A DNA stretch of 64,000 bases from Entomortierella parvispora E1425 (Eukaryota; Fungi; Mortierellomycota). Under the pieces are notes generated by a model that was given only the letters and a program-made list of their open reading frames with translations, was not told the origin of the DNA and did no database searches. Shown piece by piece: positions 1 through 14,294 of the stretch (position 1 is the stretch's first letter; the number at the start of each line of letters is the position of its first letter). Position numbers and translations under genes: made by a program. Where the stretch lies: contig BQFW01000004.1 of the NCBI GenBank assembly GCA_020891255.1, positions 868,001-932,000 on the forward strand, in the 5' to 3' direction.

Positions 1-789
1 TCCTGAAAAAGATCTAAAAAAAAAAAAAAAATCAAAATCAAAATGAAAATCGAGGGTTCAAATCCTTTTCTTTCTTGTGGGCATCTCGGAGTTGGACACT
101 GTTTTTCAATATGCCTACCCCCGCCCAAAGAACTTTTGCCTTACCATCTTTGAGCGAGACTCGGACCCGGTAAAGTATTCATATTCTTGCACGACACCAT
201 GCAAGGCCTTTAAACAATCCGCCATACTCGGGATCTCCAAAATCGTCGCCAGCGAGGTTCCCAGCAAGAAATACTGCAGTGCCCTAGGGTCGCACCACAA
301 CGAGTAGGAGAGAGAGGGAAAAGGATAGAGTGTCAATCTCGTGTACCTCTTTCTCGACAACTCTTTGGTCCTGCAAAGTCTGCTCCGTTTTCGTTCAGCG
401 ATTCATTAAAATTTCCCTATTTTTTTTTTTTTTTTTTTTTACCTCCGCTGCATCTTCTCGTCGGTATATCCATGCCTCAAATCCTCATCCGAGAGCAAAG
501 CCGTGTTATAAAGGACGGTACCGCCTTGATACACTCTCTGCATGTACCTCCACGTCGCCGCTCTTTTACCCAACAATCCCGGAAACGCGTCCAACGCTCC
601 GTTGCTGAGACTGTTCAAGAACAAGGATTGGGTCGAAGAGATTGTGCCTATGGATGAATTTCCAGCTCCAGAACTATTGCTACTCGTCCCCGAGGTACTT
701 ATCATGCCGGAAGAAGACGTCCCTCCAGGAGGTGAACTCAACATCATCATGGACACGGAGGCCGGAGAATTAGGGCCTGCACTGGACAT
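1..789 (-). CDS. Conserved uncharacterised fungal protein, 5' part (runs off the window's left edge); exons ~789-443, 283-145, 13-<1
   Basis: ATG at 789. GT..AG introns at 442-284 and 144-14 join the ORFs in frame (KMQRR|ALQYFLLGTSL..., RSKM|IFF). Confidence 0.75.
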
Positions 790-1591
790 CTTTTTTTTTT
801 CTGCCTTTTTTTTGCGGGATTTTCTCTTTTCGGGGTTGTTTTCCTCTATGCTTCCCGGCGCGGAGGGGTTGGGTTGCCGTGGGGGTATAACCGAGATAGA
901 GACGATTCTGTTCTCTGTAATGTGCCTTGTCAGTAGCGACAGAGGTGCTGTATCGAGGGTATATGAGGAAGAGGAGACGGAAAACTCAGCCGAAGGAACA
1001 GCGGGAATAAAGTTTGGGGGAGTAAGGGTCTCTTGTTGCTTCTGATGAAGGAAGGAAGGATGAGAGATGGAGTATGAATGCTAGAGAATCAAAGAAGAGA
1101 GAAAGAGAGAAAGAGAGAAGAGGAGAAGGGAAAAGGAGAAAGGAGGGGAGATGTGGATGACGATGGGATGGCAATGGGGCAAGGAGATGGGACAGGACAG
1201 AAAAGAGCCAAGATAGAGAACGGGCGGGAGGGGAGCAAGGAACAAGGGAACGGAGACAATCAATTTTATTTCATTTTTGGGCGCAATTGACAGGTCGTGT
1301 CACTCGCCGTCTCTCTGTCCCAGGAACATCATCTCTCTCCACGTGACTGACTGTTATTTCTCTTTTTTTCTTTTCTTTTTCTCTTCGTTCCTCATACCTC
1401 CCCTCTCTGCTGCATTCAACTTCAGGATACATCCTACATCAAAAGGTCTCTATGAGTATGGAATAATCATTTCTTATATATTTATATTTATATATATATC
1501 TAGTCTACAACTGACGGCCGAATACTATACAAACTGGCAAATGGGGGGGTGGGGAATAACAAAAAAAAAAAAAACACTTTCAAAACAACTT

Positions 1592-4330
1592 TTACACCTT
1601 GGCCTTCTTGGCCACATGCTCCGCTGCTGCCTCTTCCTCCTCCTGCTTCACAGTCTCGCGACCGTGCTTGGACGGACCATTGTGGTGGCTGTGGAGATGA
1701 CGATGCTTCTTGGGCACCTGCACAACGCGCGCCGCCGTCGAATTGTCATCGTCGTCATCGTCCGCAACGTTCCCTTGGTCCATCTCTTCTTCTTCTTCTT
1801 CGTCTTCTTCCTTGATCTCTTCCAACTTGACCGACATTTCCTCATCCTCGTCATCCTCATCCTCGCTCACAGGCATCGAAAGGGACCCGTCCGCGTAGGC
1901 CGAGGTCGTCGGTGGGATCAAGAGTCCCAGGCTCTCCATGTTTTGAGAAAGCTTGGGGTCCACGAGCAACTTTTGACAACGAGCAATGAAGTGCGTCATT
2001 TGACGTTCCAGAACAATCAACGGGTACTTTGTTGCCAGAGTCGCAAAGTGCTGCTCCACTGTCACTCCATCCACCGTCATAAGCTACAGTTGAAAAGTGA
2101 AGAAATGAAATGTATGTTAGACAGATGTAAAGGGTAGAATACAGAAAAAGTGCAGCACACACCACGTATGAAAACATAAGACAAAAATGGATCCATCCTT
2201 ACCTCATGGAGGCGCTCATCTCTGGCCTTCTTGAATGCGTCGTACTCGGGTGTGTTGGCAAATAAAATATCGTCCTGACGATCCTGAGTCGTTACATCAT
2301 GAAGAGGTGAGGTCGAGCGAAGTCCCTGCTGTGGCTGCTGATGAAGGTGTGGTTGTGCCTGGAATGAGCTCTGCTGCAAAGGAATGGTCGTCGCTCCAAG
2401 ACTGTTTAGGTTTTGAAACTGAAGACCCTCGACTCCAGTGGCGGTATGACCCGCAGCGCTGACATCGGCCATCAGAGGGGATGTAGGAGAGCCCGTCATC
2501 TCTTCCTGAGCTGCCGTCTCTTCCGAGCATTCAGAGTCATCGCCAAACGAGAACACGTCAATGATAGTCTCCAGACCCGTGCTCTCATCGCAGAGGTAGG
2601 ACTCGATCACGGCCTGAGTCATCATCTCCAAGAGCAATCGATACCATCCCTCCAGAACCTGAACCTGTGGCTTGTTGTCCTGATCCTTCTTTTCGTCGTC
2701 CTCCTTGGATGCCTTCTCGTCTTCTTCCTTTGCCTCGTGCTTTTGCTCTTCCAAGCTCTTGGCAATGTCCCGATAACTCATGGCAGAGCATTTCAAGAAT
2801 GCAGGAATCGCATCCACAAGACCAGCCACCCTTTGAGGCTCCTGCTTGCGGACACTGTTCATGTAGTAGCTATTGGCAAGCTTCTTCTTCAACTCCAGAG
2901 CCTGCTGCTGTTCCTGTTGAAGCTTGGCGAGTGTACAGCATGTGCGTTTGCAATCCTTGCGATGATGACGACGACAGTAAACAGAGGAAGGGATCTTTTG
3001 CTGAAGCAATTGCTGAAATCGAAGCCCTTGTTCACTGTGGGTGAGTCGTTGCTTGATAGCGGCTCGGGACGCCCCGTGACGACGAGAATGGAAAGCCGAG
3101 TAGATGTTGAGTCCAGCAGAGTTGTTGGTGGAGGAGGCGACATCGAAGCGGCCAAAGACCATGGAGGTGAGTTGACAGAGATGAAGGCGGTGCTTGAGGT
3201 GCCTTGGCAGGGACTGCAATGGCCCGCTGGACCGATGGGACTTGAGGATACCTATGAATCCAAAGAGGAAGGCAACGTGGGGGGGAAGAGTCGGATGATG
3301 AGTAAGAGCAGACGGGAAGACAAGGGAGGAAAGAGAGTTGTCTGTGCAACCATGCATTCACTCGCCCCTTTTACTTTTTCGTTCATCTCGCAGCACTCTC
3401 GCTTCCGCCTTTTTGGGCACAGACACGAGGGAGACGGACGCTTCACTTCACAGGGAGGGTGAAAAAAGAAATGTCCAAAAAACACATCAAAAAAATAAAA
3501 AGTTCCTTTTCCGGCCAAATGGTCTCTCCGATAGAAAACCGTTTTTCGTTCATCTTTTTTAACCCTTTCACGGTATGGAGAAAAAAAAAAAAAAAAAAGT
3601 CCTGCGAGCTCGCCCCCTTTCTCACTCCCCCGCAAAAAACACAGCATTCGCACAGAAACAAACAGACTGACAACCTGAATAGATTCTTACCATCCACAAT
3701 GGCTTCCACGTTCGAACCCTTGCGGCCAAGGACCACGGCTTCGTCAACAAGCGATCGCTGTCGTCGTTTCCAGTCGTCCTGTTTCGAAGCCGACATGGGC
3801 GCTTGGGCCGGGGAGGCTCCCTTGAGCTGCTGCTCTACAGCCTGTTCTTGAGTCGAAGCCAAGTACTGGGCCTCGGCCTGCTTCAAACGAGTCTCGATCG
3901 ATACATGGAAGCAATGGTCCAGAATACGGTGGTGAGTTGAAGGTGTTGCGGCATGAGTGGCGGCAGTAGACGAAGAAGTCGCGCCTTTGGTGTTGGAGGA
4001 AGACCCTGGCGCTGCAGGAGGCGGTGATGATCGCGGCGATTTCGAGGGAGAAGAGGGAGAATCCGAGGTTGAAGTAGAGTTGGGAGAAGAGGGTGCAGCT
4101 GCAGCTGTAGAAGAGGATGACTGTGAGATATAGGTTGCAGAAGCGGGGAAGAATTCCCAGGAAGGATAGGGGTCGTTCTCTGGCGTGATTGTCAAGGGAG
4201 CAGAGGACAGGGCAGGCTTGAGAACAGGGTGAAGATCTACAGACGCAAGTTTGGTAGGATGAAGAGGGGTCGCTTTGGAGGTGGGGGAAGGTGTGTGTAC
4301 GATATCGATAGGAGCAGCTTGGACCTCCAT
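1592..4330 (-). CDS. Uncharacterised protein with Ser/Pro/Gln-rich and acidic low-complexity regions; 3 exons (4330-3691, 3251-2203, 2083-1592)
   Basis: Three track ORFs are joined by canonical introns: G|GTAAGA...ATAG|GT gives IVDG-ILKSH, and GAG|GTAAGG...GTAG|CTT gives LHE-LMTVDG. Confidence 0.8.
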
Positions 4331-6257
4331 GGTGTTGTGGGTTGACTGTTTGCGGTGGGTCCTTGGGGGTATGTGTTAGTGAGTGAGTGTGTTTGTGATG
4401 GACCAAGTAGAGAATGAATGTGAATGTGAATGTGAATGTGAAGGAGAAGGAGAGTCAAGAAGGGGATGGAGTGCAAGAAGAACCAAAAGAATGAGAGTGA
4501 GAAGAGAAAGAGAACGAGGGAAAGGACAAGATAGATAATAGATAAAGGGAAGAACTGAAAGAGGACGGAGGGAGGGAAGGAGGGAAGGAGGGAAGAAAAA
4601 CATCAAAAAAAAAAAAAAAAAAAAAAAAAAGTGGAGCTCAGCTCAGAGTGGAGGAACTGCGAGAGTGTTCAGTGTCCACACACGGCCTGATCCGAGGGGA
4701 GAAACCGCGTCGGAGAGGGCTACTGCACCTTTTTTTTGGTCGTTTTGATCGCACACTGATCAGTGTGAATTTCCCTTTTTGTGTGGGACGGGTTCGCAGT
4801 CCGCCCGGGGTCTGGTCTGCTGTCCGTCCGTCTGTTCGTTTGCCCAGTCGCCGTCGTTGATGGACAGACAGATTTGTGGACCCTCTCTCTTCTCTCTTTT
4901 CTCTTCTCTCTTCTCTCTTCTCTCTTCTCTCCGCAGACAACAAAAGGAAAGAAATGACGCCACGGGCTTGGCAAAGTGCGCAACTCGATGCTGTGTCTCG
5001 CTGTCTTTCTCTTTCTGTCTGTACGTTCGTTCTCTTTCTCTCGCTTGGGGAACGGAGCCGTCGTCACCATAGGGATCGACCCATATCATGTCCTGATAGA
5101 AAAGGTACATGTACGGTACATGTACATCGCTCTCTCTTCTTCTGTGTCCGTCCCGTTTCCCTTGCGACAATGGACGCAATGGACGCGTAACGCGACCCCG
5201 TTGCACATTCACGCTATTCGCACACATGTTTGCACTATCATCCCTTGACCCGGTCACCTATCAAAAGGGGGTTGGACAGCCACAAACAATCCTCGTCCGT
5301 TTCCCCCGTTTTCTCCCATCGGTCTCCTTCCTCTTACTAGACTTTTTTGTTCATTTCAGGGTGTGGATGCACGCACGAGCCACGACCCACTCAACTTTAG
5401 CCAGTTCTTTGTGATCCTGATCCTTTCCTTATTTTCCTTCCCTTCGCTGTCCTTTCCTTCGCTGTCCTTTCCTTTCCTCACCCCAAAGATCCTTAAAGCG
5501 GAACCCCCTCGCCCGACTTTTTTTTTTTTTTTTTTTTTTTTTTTGGTGTTGCCCGCAATCAACACTTGGGACCCTGATATCTTCCGTCGGAGCAAGTCAA
5601 TTGCAGAGGACCGAACCCCACGACGTGATAAAAAAGGGCAAACGACCGATGCGAGCCAAAGAGGGCGGGAGAGACACAAAGACAATGAAACGAGTCTAGG
5701 GGCAGATCTCCGCACAACCCTGTGCCACTCTGCAACCCACTTTTGCATTGTCACCTGTTTTGAGCGATCCCGTTCATCGCGCGTCCGTCTCTCTCATTTT
5801 TTTTTTTTTTTTATGGCTCCCTGTTTGCAATCTCGTGCACGCTTGGTTTTGTTTCGTATGCACGATGCACGTCGTTCGACCTTTTTTTTCCTGTTTTTTT
5901 TGGTTGGTCATCATATCCCTTTTTTTTTTTTTACAATGCTCATCTTTTTTGCCCTCCCTTTCCGATCGCCTCCCTCCGTTCTCTCTTCCGGAGACACCAT
6001 GCCGGAAATGGGAAAAAAATATAAAAAGTTATCAGCGCAGGCAATGTTTCTTTTTTTTTCCTGAACGTGTTTCCTGTTTCTGTCTTTCCGAGCATGCACT
6101 GCGGCGAGATTACATTGACAATAAGGATGTTGTGGAGAAGGACATCATGTTCGCTCCATTGATACCATTGATCCGGATCCAATAAATACTTTACAGCTTT
6201 TTAATAATAGGCAGGTGTACTCTTTGACATTGGCAAAGAACAAAAAGAATCCTCTCA

Positions 6258-7964
6258 CTAGTAGGCCAAATGGGGCTTGTTGGCGAGGCACCAACTCTGT
6301 AAGCTGTCCCAAAACTCGGTCACGGTCGCTCTATCCGCATGACGACGATGGCGATTAAGCTAAGCATGAGGGACGAATGGGGTATGTTAGTGATCCAGCG
6401 GTCATAGTGTTGATTCAATGCCGAATGTCCCGATTCCATCCCGGTCGACTTACACTCAGCATTTCTACGTTCCAGGTCTTGATCGTATCCTTGGGCTGCT
6501 CATCTGCCCACTTGCAATAGAATCCCTTGACATGTGCAAACAACTCCAGAGGCTTTTGCCACTTCCACTTCTTGAACTGCCATTCCGCTCCAGTGGTAAA
6601 GACACAGACGACGCGATCCCAATCCTCTGGCCGCAAATGGTCTACGCTGTCAATGACGTGATATGGAGTCTTGTGGGCCTCATTGGCTTTCTGTCGACGC
6701 TCAATAACGAGACGATTGGGCTTGGGTGCGCCCTTGTTGCGAATCTCCTGACTGTCCACAAATCTATAGCATTTCCAAAAGAGTTAATAACGTGCTTGCT
6801 TCTAAAAAGTCATACCCGACGAACTCTTCGACTTACAGTTGGTCCTCCAAAAGCTGCTTGATATTGTACATTGTCAACATGGACGTAACAGCTGCTGGAA
6901 TAATAATGATAGGGATACGTGACGATGCTAGTGTATAAAAAAGTCAATGGCAAAAAAATAAGTTCCTGAAATTGAACCTCACATCGCTTTGAATCAATTG
7001 TTCAGCAACCCTGGCTGATCCGACATGCTTACAAGACTTGGATTTGACCTGAGAAGAGGGTTTGGCGGAAGGGTTGGAGGAAGTAGGTGGGCGAGCGGCA
7101 GCGGTCGAAGAAGGAACCGGTGCTCCGGGTTGCCTTGAATCGGGTTTCTTTGCTACTGCTGCTTTGTCGTCCTTTGATTTGCTCTTCAACAGAATACCGA
7201 TCCCGATCTTTTGAATATTGGCAAACGACTGTTTGATTTCCAGCAAAAGGTAACCGATTTCCTGTTAGCAAATCGAATAAACCAGTCGTACTATGCCCAT
7301 AGCTGAAGAAAGAAATGCCCTACCTTGTTTCCACGCAAGACGCTAGCAGTGGTCCTCGCCAACCTCTCCCGGGAGATGATCATTCTCAGGACATCGCTAT
7401 CATCGCCATGTCCAGACTGTGCCCCAGTTTTCTGCTTCTTTGACGCCTCTCCTTGTGTATCATCCACGACATCATCTCCAGGACGTTTGCCTATTAAAAA
7501 GAGTAGGGATCAGGAACTTGAAGGACAAAAGCGCGCCATTCTTCCATTTTTCCACAGTTGTGTTCAAGAAGAAAAGACTCACTCGTTTCTGAAGGCAGAT
7601 ATATGATGTTGGCAGATGTCGCGGTTACACCCGTGAGGTAATCCAGCACCAATCTCTTGTCCAGGATGGAGACAATCTGGATTCCCTTTTGAGCTCCCTC
7701 CAATGAATATTCAGCGACACTCAGATGCGCCCTCTGCAAGAGAAAGAGCAATGTCTCGAGCGTATAGGTCTCATCAGAAGCACCGCGTCTGTAGTTGGTG
7801 GGAGTGCTTCGAGGAAACTTGAAGGTCTGTTTGTCGTCTGCAAAGACCACATCGGTGGCCTCGGTCAGTTCCGTGACAAGGGTTCCATTGGCGGCCACGA
7901 GCGTGATTGGCTTTTTGGAGATTGTAAAGTCGCGCAAAAGACTGAGCGGATCGTTCTTGGACAT
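6258..7964 (-). CDS. CDC73: PAF1 complex subunit Cdc73/parafibromin (multi-exon)
   Basis: N-terminal DPLSLLRDFTISKKPI and C-terminal Ras-like domain PEDWDRVVCVFTTGAEWQFKKWKW. The last exon reads HRRHADRATVTEFWDSLQSWC and stops at 6258. Confidence 0.93.
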
Positions 7965-8196
7965 TGTGAAAGAGTGTGGATGTCAAGAAAGGGTCGGGTG
8001 GATCTGCAGACGTGAGCTTCCTGATGTTCTGAGCTGGAAAGACGTGCAACGATGATGGGAGATGGATGCAGATCAAATTGATCGCTCGAAAAAAGATCTG
8101 GGTGACGTCGACGATTCTTGACTAAAATGTAATTTAAGCCCACTTTTCTACGGTGCCCGAACTTCTCTCAACCGGCCAACTCACCTCCGCTCATCC

Positions 8197-9874
8197 ATGG
8201 AGACAAAGACGCATCCTCGGACGACATCCGACCTGCAGCGGCAACCGCAGAACAGGGCATGGACCGTTGCTTACTATGCACTCGCATCCAGGATAGTAAT
8301 TTGGGCCATCGCTGTGGCATCTCACGCCTTCATTCAGGACTATGACTCTGCTCTAGAGTTAATCTTGCCCATCGACTCTGCCCCTCAACGACTTTTCAAG
8401 GGTATTCTAGGCGTGTTTCTGCGCTGGGATTCGTTCTACTTTGTGCACCAAGCCGAGTATGGCTACGTATTCGAGCAGGCCCATGCCTTCTTCCCCTTGC
8501 TCCCATGGTTGATGAGAGTCGTTGCCGGCACTGGTATGAATGAATTTGGATACTGACCTGTTGAACCACTAGACTCGAAACTGACGCGCCGTTTTGTACA
8601 TCAAATGGAATAGTCCTTGCGCCACTCTCGTTTTACTTGAATGACACTCAAATATTGGTACTGGCAGGCGTGCTGGTCGCGAATGCCTCATTCATTGTAG
8701 CAACCGTCCAGCTCTACAGACTTTCCAGCAAACTCTTTGGTCAGGAAAAGTTTGCCTTTACATCAGCCATCCTCTACGCGTTTTCACCCTCAGGAATCTT
8801 TATGTCCGCCGTGTAAGAAAAGTGGCTCAGCATCTGTTCCTCTAACTGCAGGAATCAGAGAAATTGTTCTATATTCTAACACAACTTCGTCCATCACAGC
8901 TATGCCGAGAGTTTGTTTGCCGCTTTGTCCTTTACAGGAATGGTCTTTGCAGCAGACAAGAACTATCTGCTGGCAGCAATCGCTTGGTCTCTTAGCTCGA
9001 CGGCTCGATCAAACGGAGTTTTATATGCCGGCTTCTTCATCTATGACTTGGTTGTGCAAATGGATCTCCAAAAACCAGTTTTGGTAAGGGATTCGGCAAG
9101 ACCAATCTCGACCGTTTTAATACATGGATCCGCAAACACTAATGGAGCATGAGTTGCCTTCCTCCATAGCGCAATACTTTTAGCGTGGTGAAGGCGATGG
9201 TGTTTTGCCTAATTTCTTGGACTGGCTTTATTACAGTTCAGTTGTACGGATATGCCCTTTACTGCTCAGGAGAAATATCTAGCCTCGACGTTCGACCATG
9301 GTGCAGCAGATCTATACCCCTCCTCTACTCGTTTGTTCAGGAATTTTACTGGTAAGAACTAGTGATGACCCTGATCAGACAAATATGATATGAAGGAGTG
9401 AAGAGAATTGATCTAACACAAACGCCGTGAAATGAACCTCTTAGGAATGTGGGATTCCTTCGCTACTATGAAATCAAGCAGATTCCCAACTTTGCCATGG
9501 CTGCACCCATGATAATCCTTTCCGCATCCGGCATCTACTACTATGTCAAATACGACGTTCATCGCGCTTTGACCTTGGGTCGACAGTCGTCCCAGCCTGA
9601 GACTAAGGATACTGCGCCATTCCTGAGCCAAAAGATGTTTCCATACATCACACTCTGGGCAGTGTTGTTGTTGACCAACATCACGACAATGCATATCCAA
9701 ATCATCACGCGCGCGTTCTCTTGCATGCCTCCAGTTTACTGGTTTGCAGCCCACCAATTCGATGGTCGACCTTCGACCCCCGGCTCTGGATGGACTTGGT
9801 CTGTAGCCATCTTTTTTGTGATGTACAGTCTCATTGGCATTATTCTCTTTGCCAACTTTTTCCCGCCAGCATAG
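8197..9874 (+). CDS. GPI18: GPI mannosyltransferase 2 (PIG-V), ~5 exons
   Basis: Motifs FLRWDSFYF, EQAHAFFPLLPW, YAESLFA, ARSNG and GFLRYYEIKQIPNFAMAAP; many transmembrane segments. Confidence 0.93.
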
Positions 9875-10281
9875 ACAATAGACTGCTATGATACAAAAAT
9901 ATATTTTCAAGTGATTGTTTTCCTCTCAGTTGCACTGTGGTATCGGACAAGGAGCGGCATAATGCTCAGTCTGGTCTGCTTTGGTGCCAAAGTGTCGGAC
10001 CAGAGTCTTTCGTTTTTATCGTCCTCTCAAACATTCACGAAACGCGCCAACCAAAAAATCAAAGCCTTGCTGAGATTCATTTTTGCATGGAAATAAAGAT
10101 ACGTTAAATCCAAACACAGTCCACACAACTGCAATGAAAGCTGAGCCCTTTCCTCTTGATTGTCCACAGACTTGCATCTTTTTCGACATCTACGCCCATT
10201 CAGGACAGGACTGGACTTTTTGACGGATCGACATTCCAGGACGCCTAATCGAACTCGAATACCTGTTATATAATTTTCATA

Positions 10282-11293
10282 ATGACACTGACGCCATTGC
10301 CACGAGATGCCAAGGGTAAACAATAGGACGATTGAATGCTAGGGACATGCATGCCATCACCACCTCCGACATGACAGAGCATGACCAATAACCTCGCGCT
10401 CTTTTCCAATCGCCTCGTTGTCGACCCCTTTAGTCATTTCATTGATATTGCAGTCGCTATCAGTCGAGGACGCAGAGCAAAAAGTCATTCACCAGCTTCT
10501 TGAGTTTGCGCACCGTAAGTACTTTTTTTTGCTTCTTCTTCTCTGACTCGCCAAAGGGATAGGCGGGAGCAAAAAGAGAAAGAGTCAAGAAACAGGATCC
10601 TAATCACATTTCCCTTGTTGCTTCCCCGACAGGTTACACCACCGATGTTTTTCAGGATGCTTTGTTATACTCGGAACACGCCGGCAGGACAGAAGTTGGA
10701 CTGGATGATGTGAGATTGGCGATCCAGGGCAGAGTCAACCATTCCTTCACCGCACCACCCCCCAAAGAGTTTTTGGTCGAGTTGGCAGAAGAAAAGAACA
10801 AGGTGCCCTTGCCTCTCATCCCTGAGAAGTACGGTATCCGTCTCCCTCACGAACGACACTGTCTAACGGCTGTCAACTTTCAGCTTATCCCAGAGGTAAA
10901 ATTCTCTCGCCTCCCCTGCAGCTCTATCAACCAGGAGAACAGTGGATAACAGCTCTTTATGGTTCTCGCCATAATACAACACGATACTGACCCACCTTTT
11001 TTCTCTCTACTTTTTTTTTGTCATTGCCAAAATTGTAGCTGCCCCCACAAAGCGCACACCTTTCACAGGGCTTGGACTTGTCAGTAGCAGCGTCAACATC
11101 AGAATCGGGACCTTCATCACAAGCACCATCGCTGTTCAAAGTGCGGGAAGCGGACGATGATTATGATGAGGACGAGGATATGAAGGATGCGTCGCAGGAG
11201 ACGCCCTTGACACAAAATCAGCAGAATCTCGCCAACCACGACCTTTGGAAGAGAAAGCGGGCAGAAGAGGAGGAAAACTATGACGACGAATGA
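10282..11293 (+). CDS. TAF9: TFIID/SAGA subunit Taf9 (4 exons)
   Basis: Spliced reading MTLTPLPRDAK|VISLILQS...QLLEFAHR|YTTDVFQDALLYSEHAG...PPPKEFL...NKVPLP: TFIID-31kDa histone fold. Confidence 0.92.
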
Positions 11294-11442
11294 AAAAAGC
11301 GGAATGTAATTATTCAGATCCTAAAAGAAAAGCAAGCAAGGTAGCTGGATCCATGACACTTGCACCCAATAAACCCCCTTCCACTACCAACACACAAAAA
11401 AAAAAAAATAATAATGGAGATGTTTTTATTTATTCGGGGATT

Positions 11443-13377
11443 TTATCCTTGAAGAGTAAGGCTGAGCTTGGAGATATCCACGCTGTCCGTCATCATGGTC
11501 TCCAAGGGCTTTGCGTTTTCAATCTTGTTGACTGCATTCTTCTTTTCGCCATGCATCAGATAGTTTTTCGTGTTGCGGATGGTCAAGTTCTATGAAAATG
11601 AAAAAATCGGGCAGTTTAGTTTTCAATTCTTGACCGATTCCAGAAATCACAGTTCAGACAGTCAAGTTTTCTTTACCTCCATGTCCAAGGACGTCTCCTC
11701 TGTAAAAGTTCCCATATGGGGCAACAGAGTGCAGCGGGGGTGCTTGAGCAAGCCCTCATGAACCTTGGGCTCAAACTCAAAAACATCCAATCCAGCAGAG
11801 GAGACTTTGCCGCTGTCCAGGGCCGCGACCAACGCGGCCTCATCGATAATGGGTCCTCGAGCAATGTTGACGATAACAACGCCAGTCTTCATCTTTTCAA
11901 ACTGAGCAGCACCGATCAAATGTCTTGTCGAGCTGTTCAGGGGCACACAGACCACAATCACGTCCGACTCGCGCAACAAGGTCTCATAGGCGACAAACTG
12001 AGCGTTGTACTCGGCCTCAACTAAGAATGGAGACGCAAAGAAAATGGTACATGTGGGTCAGTAAACACGAACCAAAAGGGCGTGATTCTGAGGCTCTGGC
12101 GTGAGTCAATGGGTGATCCTTCATTCCATCGCATACCTCGAATATCCACACGAGTTCTGTTGTAGTAGTTCACAACCATTCCAAAAGCTGTTGCTCGCTT
12201 GGCAATGGCCTATGAGAAACAGGCACAAAATAAAAGTAAAAAAGAGGGCAGCTGTTGTGAGAGCCCGATCTCCTTCACAGGTATAAAAAAAAAAAAAAAA
12301 AAAAAAAACAGAGTTTGTTCATGCGAGTCCACAGGGGCGTGATTCTCTGAAGCAAAAAGTACCTTGCCGATGCCACCCAAACCAAGAATACCGACAGTTT
12401 TGCACGCCATGTCATGTCCCTTTGGCATTCCCTGATTCTTCCAGGATCCTATTCCCGAAGAAAGAGAAAAAACAGATCATGCATATTAGGTTCAAATTTC
12501 CATGTGCAAGAATATCCGGCCATTCTTTTCTTCCCACGTTAAAAAAATGCGTTACCCTCACGAAGCACGGTCTGTCCCTGAGAAAAGTGGCGGAGACATC
12601 CCAACATCAAGAACATGGCAGTATCTGCCGTTGCAGCAGAGACGACGCCAGCGGTGTTTGTCACGAGAATGCCTATATGAATGAATGAATGGACGAGTGC
12701 TGTTAGATGCATTGCTCATCTGTGTGACCCAAATGGGCACACTGGTTCCTGGTCCCATGCTCCTTGGTCAAAAGCAAGCAAAATAAAAAGTTGACTCCAT
12801 TTACCTCGGGCGGTGCATGCTTCGACATCAACATTGTTGTACCCTGCAGCAGGGATGGAGATGAGGGAAAGACTGGCTGGCAAGTACGACACCAACTCCT
12901 TGTCGACCTTGAAACTCTAAACAACACAAGGCAGCAAAGAGGAATGAGATTCTTCTCCATGCAATGTCACGTCTATTCCTTTCCATCCTGGTCCGCCATG
13001 GGCAATCTGTATTACCAAGCTGGGGTCTTGTGAGTTCCAGACAATAGCAGCAAATCCGTCGTATTTGCCCTTCTTCAGTCTGCGGATCAGGTCGTCGCGG
13101 TTTCCTTCGTGGAACTATTGTTTGGCAGTTATGTGGCCCAATCGAACAAAGATTAGTATCCAGAGCACGTCGATTGAGGCCCATAGCCCCAATGGAGTAT
13201 GAACGGTAAAAGGCATTTCACAAGATTCGGTACCTTGACGACAAAGTACTCCTGAAAATCCTCCATTTCCTGATGGGCATATCGCATGGGACCGAGAAAG
13301 AGGACACTGGGCTTCTTGACATCATCGTCCGTGATATCCCATCCTTGAGATCCCATCTTTGACTTGATCCAGTTCAT
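11443..13377 (-). CDS. D-isomer-specific 2-hydroxyacid dehydrogenase (glyoxylate/hydroxypyruvate reductase-like), many introns
   Basis: GILGLGGIG nucleotide-binding motif, VNIARGPIIDEAALVAAL, GLDVFEFEP and LLPHMGT. Confidence 0.9.
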
Positions 13378-14294
13378 CGTAGTATGTTGAGTGGTGGGTG
13401 AGAGTTGGCTGTATGAGCTTGAGAAATGAGAAAAGGAACGTGCGAGTGAAGGAGTGAAGAAAGAGCGAGAAAGAAAAAAAAACGTCTGAAATAAGAGGGC
13501 CCGTCCATGGCGCGGAGCTTACACGTGATTCCTCGGGGTTTCCTTCGACAGGCTCGCGTGGCGCGTCTTTGGGATCGCCTCGTCTTCCCTATTGCTCTCT
13601 ACTTCGTCGATTCATGTCGGCATGTGGAGTGCTGCATGCCGCATGAAATAAAAGGGATCGAATCGCAACCCAAACTAGGCAAGCAATATCAAAGTGCAGA
13701 CGACCGACGCTAGTGGATGGCAATTAGAAACGGTCATGTTCCCACTTCAGTTGCGCCCACCATGAGCAAGTGGAACACACGCCTCAAACTCACCCTTGGA
13801 TGGTACTTGGGTGAGCAAACAAAACAACGCCGTCCAAGCCCGTCGCCAAGAACGCATTGGCATCATTTGCTCCACACTTATCAGTCTCCTTCCAAAACAA
13901 CGGCTTAGAATGAATACATGAACCCTCGGGAAGAACATGCGACGGGCTTGGTAACAGCAAGTAGAGGAGTCCTCGGGAAAATAGTCTTGGTGCACAAGCA
14001 GTTTGGCTGGAGCAAGCGTGACGTTCTCTTGTGGACACTGAGAGCAAGTCGATGGAAGGAAAAATATCCCTCGTTGGGTCGGTGAGCAGCTGAACAGAAG
14101 AGCGATCAATGCAAACAAAAAACAAAGAGGAGAGGCGCACAGTGGACCTTATTTAGACTGTCAATGGTGGGCTGGGCGATTTCTTTTTTCTTCTTTCTCC
14201 TCCACTTCCAATCCTACTCTGGCTCTTTTCATCTTCTCCACTCATCTCTTGGTTATCTACCTTCACTACCACCACTACCACCACCACCATCACC

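Noticed and set aside
13738-13830. Small stems (CTCACCC/GGGTGAG, CACTT/AAGTG) suggesting an ncRNA
   Set aside because: Stems this short are expected by chance in 64 kb, and no snRNA or snoRNA boxes were recognised.
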